Positions 11,652-23,052 of a stretch of DNA of 64,000 nt are shown here, in pieces. Below the pieces are notes generated by a model that made no database searches, had not been told where the DNA came from, and saw only the letters and a program-made list of their open reading frames with translations. The stretch is from Cystobasidiomycetes sp. EMM_F5 (Eukaryota), in assembly GCA_051047955.1 (NCBI GenBank), contig JBPGPT010000053.1, positions 1-64,000 of the forward strand. Direction: 5' to 3'. A program made the position numbers and the translations under genes. Each line of letters begins with the position of its first letter. The first letter of the stretch is position 1.

Positions 11652-14623
11652 TCATCGCTGACGGTGTACCATAGCGGCAAGCGCATCTCCACTGGCGACA
11701 TTAAAGTCGGCGTTCGTATTGCCTTTTGGCCCTCTGAGTCCCTTGCCTTCGATACCGCGGCCAGACCTTGGTATGAGATTCTTTGGCCTCTCTTCCTCCT
11801 CTTCGTCAGACCATACACCTGCCATCTCTCTGGCTTTCCGCTTAGTCCCATGTTTTGACTCGGTAACAGATTTGCCTTTGCTAGCAATCACCTTCTTGGA
11901 AGCTTGGACGCCAGCGCCAATGCCGGTGGGCGCTTCCCGAAGTCCGAAGGCTTTGGCGAGATGACCGAGGTGCAAATTCTTGACGTGGAAGAATTGCTTC
12001 TCGTCACTAGGATGTGTGGCGTATGCTCGAACGTGGCTAGAGAATGCATTCCGAGCTTGCGCGAGGTGCTGTACAAATGTCATTAGATCCGACATGTATT
12101 TATCGAAGCAGCAACACGGCTTACTGAATTTGAATCCACGACCCATCGTTCGAAGCTCATCTGAACGTCCGTCGCGCGAGTTTCGTACTCGTGATTGTCG
12201 CCTCCGCCGAATCCAGCTTTGAGGACCGCATCAATGTCACGTTCCTTCAAGCTAGCTTGCTGTTTTTGATTGGGATCCGTGGATTGCATGGCTTGTGCTG
12301 CCCATCGAACCCATCCTGCTTCGGGTGGTAGTAAGAAAGCCCAGGACTGGCCCATCGCACCAGCTCTCGCTGTTCTACCTATTCTGTGGATGTACTCTGT
12401 CACTCCGCCCTGCATAAAAATAAACATCAGCACTTTCTGATGCGTGTAGCAGATTGACATATAGCCTTACTTCGGTAGGAAGATCATACTGTATGACGCA
12501 GCTAACGTCCTGGACATCCAGACCTCTAGCTGCAACACTTGTACATAGGAGCACGGAAGATTTGGCAGAAGGGTCTGAAAAGCCTTTCAGACTTCCTAGA
12601 CGGCTCTGCAAATCCAGACTGCCGTGTAGATGGTAAATATTGGCTCCGGGAAGGAGCATAGAGTGAGCAGCTAGCTTATCATGCCCTTCTTTGACTGCTT
12701 TCGAGCTTCCTTCTGCATTTCCCAGTGCAACTGCGCCTAATGCGTTCCAGTAAAAGTCGACCACATGCGTACAAGACATGAAGACCAGGATCTTCTGCTT
12801 CTTGTTTGCAGCAGACTTTGCGAGCAGAATCTGCCGCAGGAGAGCAACGAGAGCAACAAACCGCAGCTTGGGCGGAGTGATGCAGTAATTCTGAGATAGC
12901 TGTGACGGGGCAGTATACGAATCTTGCATGGCCGCTACAGATGCGCCCGTCGTCGCACTTTGACCGCTAGGTTTTTGCTGTTCGTCGCCCCTGATGAGCA
13001 TTGGATTCCGTAATGCTGTTCCGGCCAATTCCTTGACTTTTCCTTCGACAGTGGCAGAACACAGCACAGTCCGCCTCGCAGCCACGTGTTGGTTGTGCGC
13101 TTGTTGTCCAGACAGACGATGAGTGACTGCTCCCCTATTCTCAGCTCGCACGAGCTCTGCTTTTCGCTTTTCAAAGCGCTCGTCGAGCAACTTGACAATG
13201 GACGAAATCTGCGGCTCGAAACCCATATCCATCAAACGATCCGCTTCATCGAGAATGAGCCAGCGTAGTGATAGCAATGCATCTTCTGGTACGTCTTGTT
13301 TGCGCATTGGGGCCGCGGTGGACGTGTGACGTCGGTGCGAACGAGAAGTCGCCATATTTTCGAAATCTTCGTCTGATGAGACATTGTCGTTTTCATTCTC
13401 TTTGCCAGATGTCGAGGCGGTAGGTAGATCCTCATAGGCAAACTCATCGTCGGAATTGTCCTTTTTGGTGGTTGACCGCTTCAGCGAGGGATCGCCTGCT
13501 GTCCATTGCCGTTCTCCAGCTATTCGAAATGCTTTTGTCGCTTCGAGATGGTCGAGTAGACGCCCAGGCTGTGATGTAGATGCGCAGTCAGCATTCCGCA
13601 AAGGGTGTGGGCATGTGCGAAACTTACTGTCGCGATGAGTAAGGGAACGCCCTTTCTCAACCTCGCCTTTTCGTGCTGCCGATGTGCACCTCCTGTAAGA
13701 AGACCTGGAGTGATCCAACGATGAGATGTACCGTCCTGATTTGACGCAAAGCTGAGCAGTTTGCAAGCGACGTCGTGAATCTGACTGGCGAGTTCTCGAG
13801 TCGGGACGAGGATGATTGCCATTGTCCCTACACTTCTATCGAGAGGCTGTTTTCTTCCACTCGCTTTGAGTGAATCTGCACACTGCAGTAGATCCTGCAG
13901 GACAGGCAGCAGGTAGGACAGGGTCTTTCCCGAGCCGGTCTGAGCTTGTATGAGAGCGTCCTTTCGCCCAGACGGCGCAGAGTCGCACAGGAAGGGCACT
14001 GCTAGTTTTTGTATTGTAGTCGGATGTGACAGAGCCATCTTGTTTCGTAGATGGGCAATGATTTCTGGCCGAAGTGCCAAGTCGTCGAAATTATCGGCGA
14101 GGGACGGGGCGTTGGAGGGAGAGAGAACGGCGGCAGATTCAGTGTCGGTAGTGATATTTATGTTGGACTGCCTCTGCTTTCCTCGCTGGGGCAGACTTGA
14201 AAAGAGCGAGCTGATAATTTGCTTCTTCTGAGCTGTGACGGCGGGGGATGGCTTGGACGGGCCTGTTTCGGGGTTTGCCGTGGATGTAGACGTGGACGTG
14301 GACGGAGACTGCCTCGTCGTCGTCGTTGTCGCTGTCCTGCGCTTCTCCTTTCCATTTGCATATCCTGCCAATTCTTCATCTGCAACCATTCTTGCGATAT
14401 CAGCCTCCTGCAGCCTCTCCTTTCCCTTGACGGAGGTCACTGTTACCCCATTCTCCCCCTCCCTCTTTGCCTGCTGCTGCCTCGCTTCTCTCCTGGCCGC
14501 CTGGGTCGACTTCATTCTCGCCGTCCATCGCTGCGGGCCTTTGGCAGCGGTATGGCTCGAGTGCAGTGTCTTATTGGACGCTGTGGACGGCGATGGTGCT
14601 GCAAAGTTGAGTGTGAGGTCCAT
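11652..14623 (-). CDS. DBP7: DEAD-box RNA helicase DBP7/DDX31 (60S biogenesis), multi-exon
   Basis: [55 protein letters not shown], and the C-terminal HVRAYATHP...[16 protein letters not shown] typical of Dbp7. Confidence 0.93.
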
Positions 14624-14932
14624 GAGTGGGTTGGGGGGAGAGAGAGCGAGAAGGGTGCAAGTTGGCTGGAGACTGATTGATGTGAACGATGAGGGTGACT
14701 TTGTCTCTTTTCGAGTGATGGATGGGTTGCTGATGGGTTATTACGACGGACTGACGGACTGACTCATTGCTGATTGGATTGGATCACTGATTAGATTGCA
14801 TCACTAACAGATCAGATAAACCCACTGATTGAAGTAATAGTTCATCCAGACTTGCCGGCATACGGCATATTATTCACATTTACACGCCGACCACCTCGAT
14901 TCCACTCCAACTAACCCTAACGACCACTCGCA

Positions 14933-16314
14933 ATGCCCACCGCTGACCAGCCCATCACCTTTTCCCTGTCTGGAAAGACGGCTCTCAACAGGATATACCG
15001 CAGTGCGCTGTCAGAGTACGCAGCGAGCTACGACGAATCAGACAGGTCAAAGTGCGGAATCCCCTCTGCCGACTATGCGCAGACCTTCCAGGGTGCGTGC
15101 GTCACGCTGCCGTGGATGCCCCGCTTCCCAGCTGACCCATTGTCAAACAGACATAGCCGACGGCGGAGCGGGAATCATCTGCACAGGCAACATACCCATC
15201 CACCGCGACTACCTCGAGAACGCATACAATGCCGTACTCGACCCCTCAAACACCTGGAACGCCGTCCAGGCTTTCACTCCAGCCATACGAGCAGCTAAAT
15301 CCAGAGGCGCTCTCCTTCTCGCTCAACTGCAGTTTCCAGGGCGGCAGTGTCCGATAAACATCAATCCAAACCCAAAAGCGCCATCAGACATACAGCTCCA
15401 ACCCTGCTTCAACAAAATTTACGGCAAACCTACCGCACTGACAATAGAAGAAATCAAGGACTTGCAGAGGCGGTATGTTTGGGCTGCTCAACAATTAGCC
15501 AAGGCTGGTGCGGATGGAGTAATAGTGAGTCGGTTACACTCCGATTTGACAATCCCGGAAATCCTGACATAGGCGTACATTCTTCAGCTCCACGGCTGCC
15601 ACGGCTACCTTCTGACTCAATTTCTGTCTCCACGAACAAACAAGCGTATTGATCAGGTGCGTCTCGTGTGCTTTGTTACACTCTGTGCTCTGTTGACGCC
15701 AACGTCGTACAGTACGGCGGCTCGCTGGAGAATCGGGCGAGGTTCGTGCTCGAGCTGATAGCAGCGCTCAAAACCGCCATGCCTATCGATAAATACCTAC
15801 TCGCCGTCAAATTCAATTGCCAAGACTGTAAGTCTATCGACGTCTTTCATCGACATTTCCAGCTAATTAGTACCAAAGTCGTCGCTGGAGGAACTACTTT
15901 TGCAGAAGCGTGCATCGTCATGAAGTGGTTGGAGGATGCAGGCGTCGACTTTTTTGACATTTCTGGAGGAGTATACGAGTATCCGATCTGGCGAGGCCAG
16001 TCTGAGGAAGTGGATATCAAGAGGCCAAGTCAGGCATATTGGGGAAGCTATTTCCTCGAGTGGGCAGAACAGATGAAGCGGATTCTAGTGAGCATAACAC
16101 ACTTCTCCGTCGCGTTGCTTGCTGATGCCGTGTTGTTGGACGGCAGTCTCGGGCTGCAATTGGCACAACAGGCGGGTGGAGGAAGTCCGATCGTATCAGG
16201 CAAGCTATTGCGGAAGATCGCGTCGACATGTGCGGTATCGCTAGGCCTCTCCGAGACGAGCCAGAAATGGTGGAAGCGATCTTGCAGGCTGATCGTCGCC
16301 AAAGTCGGCTTTGA
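14933..16314 (+). CDS. NADH:flavin oxidoreductase, old yellow enzyme family, multi-exon, with C-terminal SRL
   Basis: [71 protein letters not shown]. The last exon reads [27 protein letters not shown]. Confidence 0.9.
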
Positions 16315-16548
16315 CCGCAAGCTGTATGTCAGCAAGGACGTTGGATCAGTAGTGAAAAATGTGCTCGGAGTCGGATACTGAAGTTGCAACAGTAGCGTCC
16401 ATGTCAACTTTGCGGACGGCTGACAATGTGAATTTTATGGAGTGAAATCAAATCAACAGTATGCCGGAGAAAAGCGAATATCATCAACGAAGCAAAGTAG
16501 AGTCATTATTTATACAATGGTTGCAAACCCAAATGCTGTCTTCTTTAC

Positions 16549-19497
16549 TTACCACTCATTATCGCGTACAAGCTTCTCGAAGGCTGACGTGGAGAGGTGT
16601 TCAATGCTCACGCCTGCACCACCGACGAGGATAAGGAAGAAGCGTTGGAAGTGCAGGAGCATCGCTCTGTCCAGCTCGAGCAGGATATTGCGGATATCTC
16701 CTGTGGAAGGCTTGAGGAGAATAAAGTTGTAGGGACACTCTGGACCAGGCAGCTGAACGCTCGTAAGGGCATCGAATGATAAGGTCAAAACAGACTTATT
16801 TTCTTGCTTCCATTCAATGACGAGCTGAGAGTCGGCCGGTAGGGCCCGCATCACGAGCTGAGAGCCTTTTCTATTGGGAGAAGAAATGTCCAAAGCGCCT
16901 AATATCACGCGTTCGATGAAGACGACGTCAATCTCTTCGCTATAGCTGTCTCGCTTTCCAACAGGACTGGCAGGTCGCCTTATACCTTTCTGGCGTTGCA
17001 AGATGCTTTGACGGCGTCCCATCTGGGCTGCTGGCAGCTCGGCAGGGACAAATTCTGTCAGTGAGGACAAGGAAGACCGCTTCACCACGTGCCTTTGGCC
17101 CGTTTGATCCTGACGCCGACACGAATTGCTCGCTTGCTCTTCCTCATTGACAGGTGATATCCCTCGTGGGCCCGTCGACATCTGTCTCCGAGCTGCCATG
17201 GCCGCTCGTGCGAATGCTCCACCTACAGCGGCCTGCGTATTGCCAGCTGCTCCAGCTCGCGAGCCACTCGGAGCGGGCGGATGTAATGGTTTTCCAGGGC
17301 GAGCAATCGGTACCTCAACCGGCGGCGAAACCGTAGGCTCGACGTCTCTCTTCCTACTGTTGAAGCTGGGTTTGCGAACGTGCAAAGGCCCTTTTCCACC
17401 ACCGATTACATGAGGGACCTTGGTCGGTCTGGGTCCAGAGGCCGCCTTCTGTACTTTCATGCGATGCGTGTTCTGCGCCGCACCCTGTGCACTGGTCTGT
17501 GCTCGTGTCTGAGCTACTCCATGCAAATCACTGACACCAGGACTATCCGTTTCGTCTTCAGGTGAAGATGTTGCACTGGTGGCTCGAGGAGCATCGCTTG
17601 CAACATTCGTTTGTAGTTTGGGCAAACTGCGTACGTCCTGTTTGTTTGCTCCGCGAGGGTCTGATGTACCAATTTTCGTATTGCCTTTGTGAGCCTGACC
17701 ATCTCCACTAGAACTCGGCTGTTTCTTGGCGTATGTATTTGGTCGGAGATTGTCGCCGGTTGGCCGACTCCCAGTATCGGCGCGACTGTCCCAGCGTTCA
17801 GAAGGTCGTGTGAATCTTCTGCTAGTCCTCGAAGGGCTTTCCGGTATGTCGGAGGGAGGTCTTCGACCAGCAGCTTTCGTTCTCGGCTCCGCTGGCGAAG
17901 GAGGACGAACCTCGATCTGCCTAGACGGCAGTCGCTGTGAAGTCGAAGCTTGACGCGGCTCGTACATGTCTTCCTCGTCCTCGCCTTCCTCTACATCTTG
18001 TGGATAGCTTGATTGCCGAATGCTGCGGTCCCTCGAAGGTGGTCGGGATCTGACAGGGCTTGTTTGTCGCTCCCTACTCCTGTCTCGGTTTGGTGCACGA
18101 ACAGGTTCACGGTCTATATACCGGTCTCGATCCTCTTGGCGTGGTGCCCTTCGCCTTGGTTCATCCATTCTATTATGATCTTGGTCACTCCCGCTTGCTG
18201 ATCCCGGGACTAGAGTAAGTGGCTTGAGGCCCGAATGATTCCTCTGACTGCGATAAGGTGTTATTGGTGATGGTGACCTGTCGTCTGATGCGTCATTCCT
18301 GCCTTGCTTCTGCCAAGGTGGTCTTCCGATGTTGAAGTCTAGCGGTGGAGACTGATACACGTTCCGACCGTCATCGAAGCGTAGTCCGCCTGGTCCCCAT
18401 GCGTCCACTACCGAGCTCCCAGTGGAAGGGGTTCTCTCGTGGTCGTTAGATCGATAAGCCGACCGAGCATGGCCATTTCTATCTCTAGCGTCTATTCCGC
18501 TGTGTGACCGTTCGTCACGACCACTCTTATCATGACTGTGCCGGGTGTCGTTTCCATAGGATCTCTCGTCTTCATGACTGTCTCTACTGTGACGGTCCTC
18601 ATACTCCTGGCGGGAGCGACGCCGTTCGCGGATTGACATTTTCGCGTCCGACAAACGCTCAGGGCGGGTTACGACCTCATCTCGCTTGATGGCGATAGGA
18701 GGTGCTTTGACTACCTTCGCGTCTGCTTGGTTGGTGTCATCTTCTTTCTGTGGCCGCGTGGCGGCTGTAGCGGCTGTGGGGACTTTGATGGCCAGATTAC
18801 CGGCCTTTTTCCACCAGTTCCAGGGAGAAGTGCCCGCTGGAGCAGGCTTAGCCTCCGCCTGTACCTTTGTTGAAGCAGCGGGCTGATTATGTGCCGAAGC
18901 TGCGGTGTCAGGGGTGCCAGCTGATTGCTGCCTCCAGTCTGAATTGGTTTCAGGCTTGCTGAGGGTATGAGTCTGTGTATGCGACGTTTGGCTGTTTTTA
19001 CGGCTATGTGCAGCTGGTGGACGCTGGGCGGGATGGAATGGCGATATCTTCAGTGGACCAAAGTAGTCTGCTCGAGCCTCGGCGAGTGGTTGCAGGTGGT
19101 TCGGCAATGGCGCTGGTGCCACTCCCCATCGCGGCTGTTCATCGCTGACGGCTGTTGTAGCTGTGGAGGGTACGGGAGGCTCTTAGCTGGAGCAAGAAGA
19201 CATTCACGTGCAAAGTAGCTCACGCAGCCTCTGCTCCGACTCTTTGATATTGACGTGGACGGGCACGGTATCCCTCAGTGCGCGGAAGCCATTCTTGCTA
19301 ATCTCTACCTCTTTGCCGGATATGCCTACGTAGGCGGTGAGATAGACCTCTTGTGGGGTTGCGTCTATGGCAAACTCGTCCATGGCGGTGTATATTGCGG
19401 CATCTCTGTCGACAGGTCGCTCGATGAGGATCCCTTTGCCCTTGTAGACGAGTATGAGAGTTGGTGCCGTAGCGTACGGCGCCACGTCTGCAGACAT
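16549..19497 (-). CDS. Large hypothetical protein: small folded N-terminal domain, long Ser/Pro/Arg-rich disordered middle, folded C-terminal domain; may have a further small 3' exon
   Basis: The 97-aa ORF 19204-19497 appears to be joined by a GTGAGC..CAG intron to the 857-aa ORF 16549-19122. A GTAAGT donor overlaps the ORF stop. Confidence 0.65.
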
Positions 19498-20228
19498 GAT
19501 ATAATGTATGCAAAGCTGAAGAAACCATGAGCTAGGCAGTGCACTCGAGCGGCACTACAGCCATGTATGATATCAAAGCGTGCCAGCCGGGATGCTTTGG
19601 CATCGCGAGTGTTTGTCGAGCCGACCACCGCGACCGAGCGTGACATCTCTGCGCACGCATGTCTGCGATGGATGCGAGGCGATGTTTGCGGTCGTAGCTG
19701 TGCTCAAAGGATACCCCGTCTGCCATCCGAGCGGGGCCATCAGCACCGTGACTGGCAACTTGAACAGCAGCTTGGACTCTCTTTCTTCGGAGGCCCTGGC
19801 CATCATCAGTGGTCAGTGTGTCCATCGTACACCGTCAGTATCAATATGGGCGGGTCCTGTAGTCAGTTTTAGTCGTCAGCGGGGCAGTCTCTGGATCAAC
19901 CCAACCAACTCCAAGGAATAACTAATCTCGACTGACAATACTGACCATTACTGACATTCAATGAGTTGTTAATACTCAAAAGCCATCCAACTCATCATCA
20001 CTGCATCCCCCGACTGACTGCCCATCCCTTATCCGACACGGACCTCCGAGACGGCCTTTGTCAAAAAAAGCAAGGCAAATCTGCGGCACCTCATCTCGAC
20101 GCTTGCCTCTGCTCCATCAAGCTGTATACCGTCTGCTTTCAGTCTGCGTGTCGGTGAGTCGTGCATAACATCTTCCGTCGGCAGTCCTGACTTGGCCCGC
20201 ACAGATCAGCGACGTTTCACAATCATCC

Positions 20229-20627
20229 ATGTCCGTCGAAGAGATGCGATTGCCCATCCACCAAGCCACAGCAACCGTAATGAGAGCCCTCTCCTGCGAC
20301 AGTCTGATGGCATCCGCTGCTGCCGCTCGTCAAGCAGCCGACGCGCAGTTCCAGCAATTCGAAGACGAGCGAAGATATGCATACGAGACACTCCAGATTG
20401 TGCATAGATACGAGCAGAGTCGGGAATCAGCCCAGACATCCCCCATCTCGTCCTTGACGCGGAAATCATCCGAAGTATCGGGCTTCTTTGTCAACTGGCA
20501 GGACCGCTGGTGCAAGATGCAAAAACTACAAGCCCTGTCTATGCTCTCCGAGATCAACAGGAGAGAACGAGAGTCCATCGAGCAAGCCATGCACGACACT
20601 CAACGACCTACCTTATCCGCGGCGTGA
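20229..20627 (+). CDS. Hypothetical helical protein (132 aa)
   Basis: ATG-initiated ORF with coiled-coil-like composition, preceded by a plausible 5'UTR intron (GTGAGT at about 20154, CTGAC branch point, CAG at about 20204). Confidence 0.45.
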   Translation: MSVEEMRLPIHQATATVMRALSCDSLMASAAAARQAADAQFQQFEDERRYAYETLQIVHRYEQSRESAQTSPISSLTRKSSEVSGFFVNWQDRWCKMQKLQALSMLSEINRRERESIEQAMHDTQRPTLSAA

Positions 20628-21016
20628 TCTTCTTTGAGGTCGACAGTGTACAATAGGATATATCAGCATTGTACTTGAGAGTCAGGTATGTGCATGCAAT
20701 GAATACCGACTACGTATGTGACGCTGATGATTTATCAATTACTCCACCCACAGATATGTATCGATGCTCAGGCAGTCCCAAGGCTTCGTCGGGAAGTTGT
20801 CGTTCATGTACAAAACAGCAGTGCCACTCCGCTATACTACTGTTATATTGTCGAGATAACGTATGCTGTAACTTCATACTCCTTTGCGACCTGCCTGCAA
20901 AAACTGCCTGCGAAGCATATTCAAGCCAAGACTATAACACTTTTACCGATAGCCACCACTTCCAAGATTGCTCTCTACTGCTGAATACTGCACTCTTTGC
21001 AATCCACTTCTGCCCA

Positions 21017-22872
21017 TTACGCTCTTCCGATTGATCCATCTTCGTGAACGACAAGACCTTGTATGCCGGTGACCAGTCCTTCGTGAATCGCGTCAGATGA
21101 ATGTGCACCGCTTTCCTGTGTCTGTAAATTCGCAGCTTGTTCGACTGCATCGTCATCTCGTGCCTTCTGTACTGCAATCGCCGGTGCAATGTTCGCGCTG
21201 GCAAAGCTAGCTTCCGAAACTATGCTTTCCAATTTTGGACGTGCGGACGCTTTGGTTGGCGACTCGACATTCTCACTGCCCCTCAATGATGGTGTACGAG
21301 AAGTATTGTGAGAAGATTGCCCGCTGGCGGCAGACGTAGAGTCTTCGTGCTCGACCCAATCAGGGGCGTGCTCTGCTTCTGCTGGCAGGACATAGCCGGC
21401 ACTCCGTATCGAAGCTGCAGGAGACGAGGTATTAGTTGTCGGTGACAGTGTCGCAGCAAGGCCAGCCGCGGTGCCTTTCAACGGCGTCCCATTCGAAGAC
21501 GGGTGAGTAGCCGAGAAAGTTTCTTCATCATGCTTGAGGACATGTTCCGATACGCCAACTTTTCCATCTCCCAGCTTCTGCCACCTCGCAAACATCTCTT
21601 CGCGCCTGTCCAGACACCGCTTGTGCATATCTGAATAGTAGGCGTCATGTTTGTACTCGAATTTACTGTCTCCCCCAAATTCCTTGTCGAGCTGGGAGGG
21701 CGGAACAAGCGTCCTTACGTCTGGGTTGAAGCGGATCTTGTCCTTTGTGACGGGATCAACGAACGGAGATATCAGTCGGTAGAAGCCGTAGAATATAGTC
21801 TGGTAGGAGGTGTACGCAGAAGCATACCTCCAGTCAGTCCTCTACAAAGTGCGTGATGTAGTACGTGTAGTACTCACCGGCACGTTTATACACACCGCTC
21901 GCCCGAGACGTTCGCAGTAGTATGTCTGCAGGATGTCGAGCACCCGTTTTGCCTGACCCATCGAAGTAGGCTGACCACCGCCTTTGCCGGATCCAAAGTC
22001 GATAAGAAGGCAAAGCTTCTCAACTCCGGTCGGCATGAGGTCGATGGCTCTTTCCAACGTCCAAACGACAAACTGAATCTGCCTGTGTGTCTCCTATTGC
22101 ACGATACCAGGATAAGTTGGTCAGTGTCGTACTGAAAGTCTGTGCGGATGAGGTGCTAGTACCTTCGTCTGGATAGCGGCGACGTAGACAATCAGCGTTC
22201 GCAATACAGAATCAGCACTCGGCGCGAATGGAATCGAGGGAACCCTCACATTCTGCCTGTAGGGAAACATGTACAGACACGGACGTTGATTTACATCCCA
22301 GCCCATGACGATTTCCTTGCCCGTCCTCGCTTCCTCTTCGACGATGCTCGAATCTGCCGACAGTGCATCTACGCCAAACTCTCTCCTCCATACGACCGTC
22401 TCTTCTGCGCGCATGAGAGCTGCTCCGACGTCCCACTTGACAGCTCGGAGGAATCGTTGCAGTTCTGAGAGTTGGGCAAGTGATGAGCTGGGTGGGGGTA
22501 CTGCAAATGTCTTTGCTCACGCTCGCTCGTCAACCATGCCCTTTCTCTGTCGGACAGTATTCTCCCGCTACTCCCCAGCTCGGTCCTTCCCAACCATTCG
22601 TTAATGACGTCCTTTGACGCCTTTCCTCTGGCCTTCTGCGCGGCCTTTGCGTCTTTTACAGTCAGCGGGAGTGATAACGCGGGGGTGTTGAAGTGGGAAA
22701 TGAGCGACTGCAGCTTGGACTGCTGCTCTGCCGTCAGTTTTGGGTGTTGGATGATGTTTGCAGCTGGGTCGGGCTGTAGGGGAGCTAGAAAGATGGGGGA
22801 AGATGGATTGGAATCAGTGGACGGAGGAGCGTTTCTTGAGGATGTCGCATCTGGTGTGTTGATTGTTGCCAT
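21017..22872 (-). CDS. CRAL-TRIO/Sec14-family protein, PDR16/SFH3-like, multi-exon
   Basis: LSDRERAWLT, RFLRAVKW, EETVVWRREFG, EEARTGKEIVMGWDVNQRPCLY, LERAIDLMPTGVEKL, LQTYYCERLGRA and PFVDPVTKDKIRFN (manual reading). Confidence 0.88.
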
Positions 22873-23052
22873 GTTTAATCGTTTGATTGAAGCGGATCCA
22901 AGCTGCACAATGGATTGCATTCCAATCTCCAACCAACTAGACATGCGACAACGATGCCATGACCTGATATCAAACCTGACATGTTTACCATGACCTGAAG
23001 CATCCAAAGCCCAACACAAACGCCGCTTTCCCGCCCCATTGTCGCGCGACGG

